Positions 56,065 to 64,000 of a DNA stretch of 64,000 nucleotides are shown one piece after another (within the stretch, counting starts at the first letter, position 1; each line of letters opens with the position of its first letter). Origin of the DNA: a virus; IMG/VR virus record IMGVR_UViG_3300009314_000009, positions 3,981-67,980 of that record; one strand, 5' to 3'. The notes beneath the pieces are model-generated. The model searched no databases and was not told the origin of the DNA. It was given only the letters and a program-made list of their open reading frames with translations. The translations under genes were made by a program, and so were the position numbers.

Positions 56065-57431
56065 TATTTGTCTCCTTTATATTTGTTTCTGAGCTTTACA
56101 TCAAGCTTTTGCTCAGGGGTTTTTTCGGGTTCTTTGCCGTCAGCTTTCGGGGCTGGCTCGGTTTTAAGTTTAGTGGCATTTTTCTTGTCGGCTTTTTGGA
56201 GCCCGTCAAGTTTTTTAACTGCCATTTCAAACGCACCTTCAATAAAAGCATCACTTTTGCCTTCCAGATCTTCTTTGGCGCTAGAATCTAAAGCAATAAT
56301 TACTGCTTTTTTCTTGTCCAATTCTGAAGCACTGGCATCAACTTTAGCTTCTGATTGTTCAATTGCGTCATCAAGCTTTTTAGCTTCTGCTACATAAGCT
56401 TCAATGTCATCTTTTGAAACACTATTATCAAGCTTGCCATTTAGCTCTTCAATAGTTTTTTCTGCCTGGTCGAATTTACCTTGCAGAGTTTCACTTTCTT
56501 TCTGTGCTGTATCCAATGCTTCATCTGCTGTCTGCTTAGCAGATTCAGCTTTTTCAGCACGGTCCACAGCGGCATCAAGATGTTCGAAAAGTTTGTCATC
56601 ACCATCAAGGGTGATTCCATCAATTTTACGTTCCATCCTCTTTCCTCCTGTGTCTTTTTTGGTTTTACTGGTTGATTTACGTTTATGTTTTGCGCACCCG
56701 TCTTTTCCTTCATCTTTGTCAGGGTCCTCAGTTATTTCAATTAACATCATAACACCGTCCATTTTCAAAACAGCGTCATCTCCTGCGCGGCCTTCGTCAA
56801 CAATAGCCAAATGATTATAACGGATATTGGTCTGTATTGCGTCATAACGCACACCACCCCAAACACCAGGCCGTTCCACTACATCTGTGGTATATCCGCA
56901 AGATAAACCGCGTTTTCCACCTTCCACATCAGACACGGTATCTTTTTGTTGGATAGATAAAGGTACTGAAACAAATCCGTGCAACTGGTCCTGTACAACG
57001 TTTTCTCCTAAATTACCAACACTATATTTATCCCGATTATCAGCAGTAACCCGCTCTGTAGGATGATTATTAGTAAGTGGAGCCATTTTCAATGTTGCTA
57101 GGCTGTCAGGGTGAAAAACGTGCTCTGGGGCTCTGAGTTCTTTTCTGATTGAACCATCTTCCCTTCTATAAGAGAAAACCCCAATGGTAGTGGCCACGGC
57201 CCGGCCCACCAAAAAGCCATCATCATTTTTCTTTAAAGGAGTATAATCAAACTTTTTCCATTCATTTGAATAGTCTTCAAACCATTCACCTTCCTGGCCA
57301 TCATTAACTATACCACCTATAAGGTCTACCCGATCTACATTATCTGTACGAAATTTGGAATCAGCACTATCTGTGCGAAAAGACGATGTAACAATAAGTT
57401 CTTCATCAAATAATGAATTTAATTTAGCCAT
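56064..57431 (-). CDS. Prohead protease/scaffold (DUF2213)
   Basis: LSCGY, QTNIRYNHLAIVDEGRAG, coiled-coil scaffold. Confidence 0.9.
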   Translation of the reverse strand: MAKLNSLFDEELIVTSSFRTDSADSKFRTDNVDRVDLIGGIVNDGQEGEWFEDYSNEWKKFDYTPLKKNDDGFLVGRAVATTIGVFSYRREDGSIRKELRAPEHVFHPDSLATLKMAPLTNNHPTERVTADNRDKYSVGNLGENVVQDQLHGFVSVPLSIQQKDTVSDVEGGKRGLSCGYTTDVVERPGVWGGVRYDAIQTNIRYNHLAIVDEGRAGDDAVLKMDGVMMLIEITEDPDKDEGKDGCAKHKRKSTSKTKKDTGGKRMERKIDGITLDGDDKLFEHLDAAVDRAEKAESAKQTADEALDTAQKESETLQGKFDQAEKTIEELNGKLDNSVSKDDIEAYVAEAKKLDDAIEQSEAKVDASASELDKKKAVIIALDSSAKEDLEGKSDAFIEGAFEMAVKKLDGLQKADKKNATKLKTEPAPKADGKEPEKTPEQKLDVKLRNKYKGDK

Positions 57432-57630
57432 TACGCACCTCATTTTTATTAATGACAGGTTTTTCTTTTGGCTTTTCCGTTTTTGGCAGAACCCTGCTGT
57501 CAGCAGTTTTGAATTCTTTCACCACAACTCCGGATGTTTAGTAAAAGTTTATATATCAAAATTAATTTTAATAGTTTGTAAACTTTTACTATTTAAAAGG
57601 AGGTATCAGTTGATTATTGATTTTTTTAAC

Positions 57631-57712
57631 AAAAAGTGTAACTTTTTTAAAAAAGTATTAGGTTTTAATGAAAAACTGTTTATATTATAACCAATAGCAA
57701 AAGGAGAACAAT
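57631..57712 (+). promoter_or_regulatory. Class A promoter driving the moron
   Basis: AAAAAGTGTAACTTTTTTAAAAAAGTATTAGGTTT identical to the 1.8 and 61.3 kb cassettes; TATATT; AAGGAG. Confidence 0.8.
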
Positions 57713-57952
57713 ATGCAATTATTACTGTTGATACTTGTATCATTATTAGCTGCTTGTACTGTAGCCGAAATCAATAACGCAGGGGAGAATTACCCAGAGC
57801 CTTTTGGAGAATGCCCTGAGTTGGAAAATTACCCAGGAATACTTTATGACAGTATATATGTTACAGACACACTTTTTGTGCTAGATAGTGTATTTGTAAC
57901 AGATACCATTTTCCAAACTGATACTATCATTCAGTATGTTAGGATAAGATAG
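57713..57952 (+). CDS. Small lipoprotein
   Basis: Lipobox LLAAC; D(S/T)xxxx repeats. Confidence 0.7.
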   Translation: MQLLLLILVSLLAACTVAEINNAGENYPEPFGECPELENYPGILYDSIYVTDTLFVLDSVFVTDTIFQTDTIIQYVRIR

Positions 57953-57958
57953 GGTATT

Positions 57959-58621
57959 ATGAAAAAACATTATATCTGTGACGATTTCGATGAAGATTGC
58001 TTGGATATGACAACTAAACAAGCTGAAGGTTGTTTTAAGGGTTGTGCTGGTGGTTTAGATCCTTGTGAAGGTTATTGCCCTATTTATGGAGATACTAGGA
58101 AAAAACCTGACAATACTGGGAAAAATTTTGATATGGTTATTATTGATGATCCAGTTGACATTGATAAACCTCGCACAATGCCCGGAGAGAAAACAAGCAA
58201 AACTTGGAAAGAAAAAACAGGTGATGAAGTTATCAATGATTTGAATAATTTCATTAGCGAAATGTTAAATCAATCAAAGATTCCTAAAATACCCGTATGC
58301 CCACACAAAAAGATGATGGGAGTAGACTACAAAGATTGTAATGATAAAAAATCTTGTCCTTTCGTAACTGATTGCTACAAAGAATGGGGTATAAGGAAAA
58401 TTGATATTGATGCTAAGTCAACCAAAAACATCAATGACATCATTCAAGTTGAAATTAAAATTAGAGAAAATAAAACAGATAAATTATCTGATTTTATAAA
58501 AAATTTGAACAATCATGACGAACCCCGTAAATGCCTTGCTTGTGGCAAAATAACTATGAAACAAGGTTTTGAATGTCCCCATTGTGGTGGATATCTTTCT
58601 GATTATGATGAGGATGATTAA
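57959..58621 (+). CDS. Mosaic Cys-rich hypothetical protein
   Basis: Three Cys clusters, C-terminal Zn ribbon. Confidence 0.65.
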   Translation: MKKHYICDDFDEDCLDMTTKQAEGCFKGCAGGLDPCEGYCPIYGDTRKKPDNTGKNFDMVIIDDPVDIDKPRTMPGEKTSKTWKEKTGDEVINDLNNFISEMLNQSKIPKIPVCPHKKMMGVDYKDCNDKKSCPFVTDCYKEWGIRKIDIDAKSTKNINDIIQVEIKIRENKTDKLSDFIKNLNNHDEPRKCLACGKITMKQGFECPHCGGYLSDYDEDD

Positions 58622-59637
58622 GCAACCTGTAAATGGGGGCTGCGGTCGATATGTTTATCCGCGGCTGTCAGGAGCTCCCGGAAAATAGGTATGCCAGTAC
58701 ATCTACATTGTACGGCCCAACCCACTTGCAAAGGTTCTTCTTTTCCTTTTTTCTTGCGCCAGGTTTTGCCTCCGTCATCAGATATCAGCTCTTTTTTGTC
58801 CCATCGCGCAGTTTTGCCATTCATAACGTGATGGCTGGGTTTAGCTTTTGGGTATTTGCCTTTGGGATTCCCTCGCACCCTTTCATCACCGGCTGTCAAC
58901 CATTTATACAGGTTCAAACCGGCTTCACCCATTCTCCTTTCCGAAAGGCTGCTGTTCAACTTGGCAGTCTGATCCCTAGCAATCAAATTAGCCCGTGTCA
59001 TGGGCATATTCATAGTGGTAACTAAATTATTACGTGTATTAGTCCACAGCAGCCCCTGTTCCACACCGTTACGTACAATCTGTGTGGTACTATAAATGAA
59101 GGTTTTTGTTACATTGGTCCAAAGTTCTTCATTACGCTCAATCCAGCTATTAAGTACATCATCCAACCAAGGTTCAGTAGGTAAAAGAAAAGCCGTAGCA
59201 GCATCAGCTCCTAATACGGCCCCGGTAAATTTACCCCATTGACTCACATTAAAATTGTCAATTCCGGATGCTTTCTTTAATAGGTATGCTGTGCGGTAAT
59301 CTTCAACGTCACCAAATATTTCTTCCTGGACTGAATTTATAAATGTTACAAGGTTCTTTAGGTCCCCTGGGTAATCATCTTGTTTCTCTTCCGCATCCTG
59401 CCTGTAATCCTTTAACCATTGATCATATTGAGGCTCAACAAATTCCAAAAAGCCATCAATCATTACTTTGTAGTATTTTCGCAGTGTTCTCGCATAATCT
59501 AATTCAGCAGCACGGGGAAATAACCAAGGGATATTGTAAATGCCGTCTCGTGTGTGCTTACGCCTCCAGGCTGGCATTTTAGCCCTGTGGCGCACCAAAG
59601 GGTCAAACAAATAACTTTCTTCAGGGTTTACAGCCAT
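58618..59637 (-). CDS. Head morphogenesis protein (SPP1 gp7/Mu gpF-like)
   Basis: RANLIARDQTAKLNS, YKWLTAGDERVR, QCRC. Confidence 0.9.
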   Translation of the reverse strand: MAVNPEESYLFDPLVRHRAKMPAWRRKHTRDGIYNIPWLFPRAAELDYARTLRKYYKVMIDGFLEFVEPQYDQWLKDYRQDAEEKQDDYPGDLKNLVTFINSVQEEIFGDVEDYRTAYLLKKASGIDNFNVSQWGKFTGAVLGADAATAFLLPTEPWLDDVLNSWIERNEELWTNVTKTFIYSTTQIVRNGVEQGLLWTNTRNNLVTTMNMPMTRANLIARDQTAKLNSSLSERRMGEAGLNLYKWLTAGDERVRGNPKGKYPKAKPSHHVMNGKTARWDKKELISDDGGKTWRKKKGKEEPLQVGWAVQCRCTGIPIFRELLTAADKHIDRSPHLQVA

Positions 59638-61235
59638 TATGAATTGGTCATCCTTGAAATTTGTTCATCGGTAAAATAACCACTTGCTTTTAAAGCTTCC
59701 ACGCGGTCATTCTTAGAAATTTCATTAAATTCCGGTTTGTCCAAAGCTTCAATGATTTCATCCAGTTTCTCTTCCAATTTTTCATCAAATTTTGATTGAT
59801 TAAAGCCTTGAATGGTTTCCAAATACTCAGCCACATCTTCAGCTGTAGCTTCTTCACCTTCTTCCTCACCTTCGGTACCGGGTTCACCAACGGGGCCTTT
59901 TCCAGAAATCTCTGTATTAAAACTCCATTCACCGTTACCATAACGGCTTTGTCTTACTTCTTCAGGGAACAGAGCTGGCACATCCACGGTATGTATTTTA
60001 TCAATCTCAGCTTGGAGTTTTTTCATTTCCAAGTGCTCTTTCTGAGTAGGTGGTGTTGGATGTTTGAAAGTTACAACATATTTATCTTCTGTACCAGTAA
60101 TCATATCAACTAATTGCTGGACCAACGGTTCAATATCTTCCTGGAGCCCTATACAAAGATTGTCATAATTTTTCGCATCTGATTCCCCCGTAGAATTTTC
60201 ACCAGCAGGGCTTCTTCCGAATAACTTGGTGATAGGTATTTCATTCATACCTGCTAACTGCATTTGAAACAAGGCCACTATGTCAGGTATTCCAGCAAAG
60301 TTAAAACTATCACGTTTAAAATCTTCCCCCGCTTCAGCATCAAATAATATAGCGTTTATCACACTTTTAGTAATTACCATGGCTTTTATACGGGCTTGGA
60401 ATCTTGCCCAGGCTTCCTGGCTAGTTTCCGCATCATTATCGCCCATGGCATCTAGCAACTCTTTGAGGCCCCCCATTATAAATTTACCAATAGTGGCTTC
60501 TTGCATCATAGTAGATATGGCTTTCATGGCAACACCGTAATAGCCCAAAGCATCCATAGCTGCTTCCAATACGCTGGTTCCCCAAAATTCTTCCTCAATT
60601 GGATCTGCTAAAGTTTCAACCCGGTCTAATTTCTCACCTTTTAAGATGAGTAACCTGCTGCGGTGTATTTCTACTGTGTCACCCCGTCTTTTTTTCAATT
60701 TGAATATTTCTACATCTTCATAAAATTCACTTTTAGGGTCGTCATTGATATCTGATTCCAATATATCAAAATCAGCCCGGGAAAAGTTTTTCAATCCTGT
60801 TATTTTAGTAGCTGAGCCAGTAAGTTTCAAAGGTTCTTTCAATTCACCACCATTTTTAGTTTGTAACAGAATAGCACCACCTCCAAACTTTCTGGCATGT
60901 GTAAGAAGTTGTGTAAAGGCTTGTTTAGTTTTGAGTTTCTTTAGTTGTCGTAATATCTTACCATCAGTATCTTCGGTAAGTTCAATCCAGTTTTTAGTTG
61001 CGTCTTTTGCTGGAGCTTTCACAATAGTTTTGGCAATACCATCCTTTCGGCACATAGACTCAAAAGTCTGAAGGGGCACCAAACTACCAATTACAAAATC
61101 GGTCTGTTCATTTTTATCTTGGACACCCCCGATACCGCTGGCAAAATTTGTCCAATTAGAGTCATTACGGTTGCCAGTAATATTGCCCATAATAGCTAGC
61201 AATTGTTTGAGCTGTACTTGCTGATCTACTTTCAT
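59637..61235 (-). CDS. Portal protein (DUF1073 family)
   Basis: ARKFGGG, IHRSRL, WGTSVL, IPITKLFGRSPAG, GESDAKNY. Confidence 0.92.
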   Translation of the reverse strand: MKVDQQVQLKQLLAIMGNITGNRNDSNWTNFASGIGGVQDKNEQTDFVIGSLVPLQTFESMCRKDGIAKTIVKAPAKDATKNWIELTEDTDGKILRQLKKLKTKQAFTQLLTHARKFGGGAILLQTKNGGELKEPLKLTGSATKITGLKNFSRADFDILESDINDDPKSEFYEDVEIFKLKKRRGDTVEIHRSRLLILKGEKLDRVETLADPIEEEFWGTSVLEAAMDALGYYGVAMKAISTMMQEATIGKFIMGGLKELLDAMGDNDAETSQEAWARFQARIKAMVITKSVINAILFDAEAGEDFKRDSFNFAGIPDIVALFQMQLAGMNEIPITKLFGRSPAGENSTGESDAKNYDNLCIGLQEDIEPLVQQLVDMITGTEDKYVVTFKHPTPPTQKEHLEMKKLQAEIDKIHTVDVPALFPEEVRQSRYGNGEWSFNTEISGKGPVGEPGTEGEEEGEEATAEDVAEYLETIQGFNQSKFDEKLEEKLDEIIEALDKPEFNEISKNDRVEALKASGYFTDEQISRMTNS

Positions 61236-61326
61236 AATACTACAATTTCCATTGTTTGTTCCTTATAATTTACTTTATTCTGAACATTACCTTTAGGTTA
61301 CTTTTTGAAAGAATAAAACAACTAAA

Positions 61327-61426
61327 AAGTTTTTTTATAAAAAGTGTAACTTTTTTAAAAAAGTATTAGGTTTCATGTTCAACTTAATCTATATTGAAAG
61401 TAAGGGAACGAAGGCAGACAAGATGA
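61327..61426 (+). promoter_or_regulatory. Class A promoter cassette, inverted copy of 1776-1875
   Basis: 100 bp, 3 mismatches; RBS changed to AGGCAG and followed only by a 13-codon ORF. Confidence 0.85.
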
Positions 61427-61541
61427 CTAATTCAAATGAACAACTTAAAAATCAAATTATTTAAAAAGTTGATATTATGCCCTTGTGGAAGGGCGTAACT
61501 TTTTATAATAACAATAAGCCAACAACAGGAGAAAAGATTTA

Positions 61542-61730
61542 ATGGAAGTACAAGCAATTGATTTGGACCATTATAAAGTAGTAGATAATGGCCAAGAATA
61601 TGAAGTTAATCATAAAGGTGATGGCACTTGGGGAGTTAAACCAATGGAAACTGATTTCCAGCAAACAGTTGCTGTGGTAGATGTTTGTGGAGCGGTCCGT
61701 GATGAAACTTTAGCAGCTCAAATGGAGTAA
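61542..61730 (+). CDS. Small hypothetical protein
   Basis: Class B promoter at 61497-61511, AGGAG RBS. Confidence 0.65.
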   Translation: MEVQAIDLDHYKVVDNGQEYEVNHKGDGTWGVKPMETDFQQTVAVVDVCGAVRDETLAAQME

Positions 61731-61767
61731 AGATGGTTACTGAATTTATAAAAGACAGAGGCCTGGA

Positions 61768-62085
61768 ATGAACAAAGAGCATCAACAGGCAAAAATTAAA
61801 GAACTCGAAGCTGATAACAAAGAGTTAAAACATAAATCTGAAGAATTGGACAAACAATTGAAAGCAGCCAACGGTTTAATAAAGGATTACAGAGAACTAT
61901 CTGAAAAACTTGATAAACAATTGGATAGTTACAAAGATGTTCTTCAAATAGCTGTAGATAGTGTAAGGGACCTGGGGAAAAAGTTTCAATTGGTAAGTAA
62001 AACCAAAAATCAGACACAACGTACCGTATTGGCTGAAGAAGGCCAGCAAACTGCGGTTGAAGTGGTGAAAAGGTTGAAAATATGA
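61768..62085 (+). CDS. Coiled-coil hypothetical protein
   Basis: ORF track. Confidence 0.65.
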   Translation: MNKEHQQAKIKELEADNKELKHKSEELDKQLKAANGLIKDYRELSEKLDKQLDSYKDVLQIAVDSVRDLGKKFQLVSKTKNQTQRTVLAEEGQQTAVEVVKRLKI

Positions 62086-62178
62086 TAGATAAACAAATAC
62101 AAGGTGTTGCTGAAAAGATTGCTAATAAAGTTATCTCTTTTATAGAATTAAAAAAGAAACGCAAAAACAAAAACGATA

Positions 62179-63657
62179 ATGAAACCGCTTAAATACAACC
62201 TGAAGGGCTCTGGAGATTACTGGAATAATATCGAAAAAGTAATAGGGGCCAAAAATGAAGAAGCTGAAAAAGCCCTTAAGGAACGTGATGTCAGAATAAA
62301 AACATTACAAATGATCTGGGATGAACCAGAAACCCTAGGGCATTTGATAGGCTTTAACGACCTTTTACCAATGCATGGTGAATGGATTAAGTTGATGTGG
62401 GACAAGTTAGAGGCGGGTGAAGACCGCGCTATGCAAGCTCACCGAGGATCTTTCAAAACATCAGCTATCACACAAGTGGGGTCCTTGCGTCATTTAATAT
62501 TTAACCCGGATGCCCGTATTGCTATTTGCCGTCCCAACTTAACTGGTTCAATAGATATCACCAAGGTGTTGCGTACCTCTTTCCAACTACCTGCCATAAT
62601 TGCAACTTTGATGGGAGCTCCTTTACATAGGGACATAAAAGAAGTCACTTCAAAAGAGAAAAATATCAAATGGGCCTTTAAGCAAAACACGGCCCCGAAG
62701 GAAGGCAACCTGGATAGTTGGGGTATGCTAGGTATGACCGGGTACCACTATGACATTATCGTACTATGCGACATAGTAACTATTGACGACAGAACTTCAA
62801 AGGCTAAACGTGATAAAACCAATGCTTTCGTGCGTGAGGTACGTAACAACATTAGGGACATGGATAGTAATGTATTAATGGAAGGTACCCCTTGGCACCC
62901 TGAAGATGCCTGGAAAGAATGGCCACCTGATTTCAGAGTCGATATTTATCAATCCGGACTTCGTACTGAAGAACAGATTAAAAAGCTCAAAGATGGATAT
63001 GTGAATAAAGACGGGCTCTGGGTACCGGGTCTTACTAAGGTAGAATTTGGTTGTAACCAAGAACTTAAACACCTTAACAGTGACGACCAGATATTTGCTG
63101 AACCAACTTACGGACCTTTTCCTCGCAGCAAATTACCTGCATATATGCATATTGATGGAAAATATGATGGAGACCATACAGGCGGTATCACCCTATTACA
63201 GAAACGCAACCAGGACAAAAAGTGGAACGGTAAAGGTTGGGTATTTACTGATCACGTAGATAACCACATTAAATTCATAATAACTCAGTGTATTGCTCAC
63301 AATGTTAGATGGTGTGGGGCAGAGAAGAACGCTGACAAAGGGTACCTAATTAAAGATCTACAGATAGAAGCCCGGAAGCAACATTGCCGTACCAAATTCT
63401 TCACCTATCATGAGGACATGAATAAACACGTTAAAATACAAACTCATGGCAAGAAACACTGGGGCAATGTAATATGGGATGAACGTATGGAAGAGGCCAT
63501 TAATTGGCAGAACCCTTCTAACGAGCCAAATGGGCATGCTTACATAAATCAAATGACCATGTATATTGATGGAGAGGACCTAAATGACGCAGCTGACAGC
63601 TTTGCGAGTTGTTGCCGCGAGTTATTTGATTCTAAACGTGGCCGGGGTCTTTGGTAA
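62179..63657 (+). CDS. terL: Terminase large subunit
   Basis: AHRGSFKTS Walker A, TGYHYD, GTPWHPED, CNQEL, nuclease HIDG / EKN / NKHVKI / DAADS. Confidence 0.88.
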   Translation: MKPLKYNLKGSGDYWNNIEKVIGAKNEEAEKALKERDVRIKTLQMIWDEPETLGHLIGFNDLLPMHGEWIKLMWDKLEAGEDRAMQAHRGSFKTSAITQVGSLRHLIFNPDARIAICRPNLTGSIDITKVLRTSFQLPAIIATLMGAPLHRDIKEVTSKEKNIKWAFKQNTAPKEGNLDSWGMLGMTGYHYDIIVLCDIVTIDDRTSKAKRDKTNAFVREVRNNIRDMDSNVLMEGTPWHPEDAWKEWPPDFRVDIYQSGLRTEEQIKKLKDGYVNKDGLWVPGLTKVEFGCNQELKHLNSDDQIFAEPTYGPFPRSKLPAYMHIDGKYDGDHTGGITLLQKRNQDKKWNGKGWVFTDHVDNHIKFIITQCIAHNVRWCGAEKNADKGYLIKDLQIEARKQHCRTKFFTYHEDMNKHVKIQTHGKKHWGNVIWDERMEEAINWQNPSNEPNGHAYINQMTMYIDGEDLNDAADSFASCCRELFDSKRGRGLW

Positions 63658-63722
63658 TAAAAAATTTACCAAGTTATCTAGGTAACTTTTTATAATAGGG
63701 GTAGGAACAAAAGGAGAGCAAT

Positions 63723-63821
63723 ATGCGATTAACAAACGACGTACGTGACAACATTATAAGTGACGTAATGAAAGAAACAACTTTTCATGTTGAAATTGAA
63801 AAGTTGAAACTGATGAACTGA
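63723..63821 (+). pseudogene. Short ORF resembling an Nmad5 N-terminus, probably a deletion remnant
   Basis: Promoter and strong RBS precede only 32 codons, MRLTNDVRDNIISDVM... Confidence 0.3.
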
Positions 63822-63885
63822 TTAAATACCCTTTAGGTGTTATGAATCAGGTCAAAATGATAAGAATGCAAAAAGTGGAGGAAGT

Positions 63886-64000
63886 ATGAAATACCAACTG
63901 ATTAAAATCAATATTGGTGTCCGTGACGACATACCTCAAACTGGTAAAATGTACGCGACTTATTTTTGGAGAATGACTTATTTTTGGAAAAAAGACTATA
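63886..64000 (+). CDS. Hypothetical protein, runs off the window end
   Basis: GGAGG RBS, MKYQLIKINIG... Confidence 0.5.
   Translation, partial: MKYQLIKINIGVRDDIPQTGKMYATYFWRMTYFWKKDY

Noticed and set aside
58125-58160. FDMVIIDDPV as a terminase Walker B fragment complementing TerL
   Set aside because: Isolated 10-residue match with no surrounding ATPase fold
1-64000. Prophage, integrase or canonical tRNA genes
   Set aside because: No recombinase, repressor or host genes and no complete cloverleaf seen; the genome continues beyond both ends, so absence is not proven

Overview
The window is most of the genome of an AT-rich (roughly one third G+C by eye) tailed phage with a contractile tail, read in the standard genetic code. 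No integrase, CRISPR array, canonical tRNA or rRNA was seen. It has four blocks. (1) 1-15.9 kb, minus strand: small accessory genes, NlpC/P60 hydrolase, terminase small subunit, DnaB-like and SNF2 helicases, DNA methyltransferase, primase, GIY-YIG nuclease and sigma factor. (2) 16.0-36.6 kb, plus strand: a radical-SAM cluster, ThyA, beta-clamp, UDG-fused PolA, clamp loader, UvsY, SSB, RecA, RuvC and a split SbcCD. (3) 36.8-61.2 kb, minus strand: myovirus structural module from portal to tail fibre, with a plus-strand moron. (4) 61.3-64 kb, plus strand: a terminase large subunit detached from the portal. The best candidate for an undescribed system is the tightly packed operon at 15972-21404. 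It encodes two SPL-like radical SAM enzymes, a SAM methyltransferase, a gp45/PCNA-sized clamp-like protein, an unannotated 53-aa basic peptide, a DUF2156/MprF-type (aminoacyl-tRNA-dependent) transferase and a canonical ThyA. A C-terminal GG[L/M]F motif shared by four proteins may dock some of them on a sliding clamp. I infer a new DNA hypermodification pathway. Second is a ~550-nt highly structured non-coding region with a pseudoknot, followed by 15-bp tandem repeats and the GIY-YIG gene. Other signals are strong over-representation of CCCGGG and other palindromes, a stand-alone NrdD glycyl-radical peptide, two small structured RNAs and a 100-bp promoter cassette present as an inverted repeat. 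All family calls come from motif recognition by eye, not database searches.
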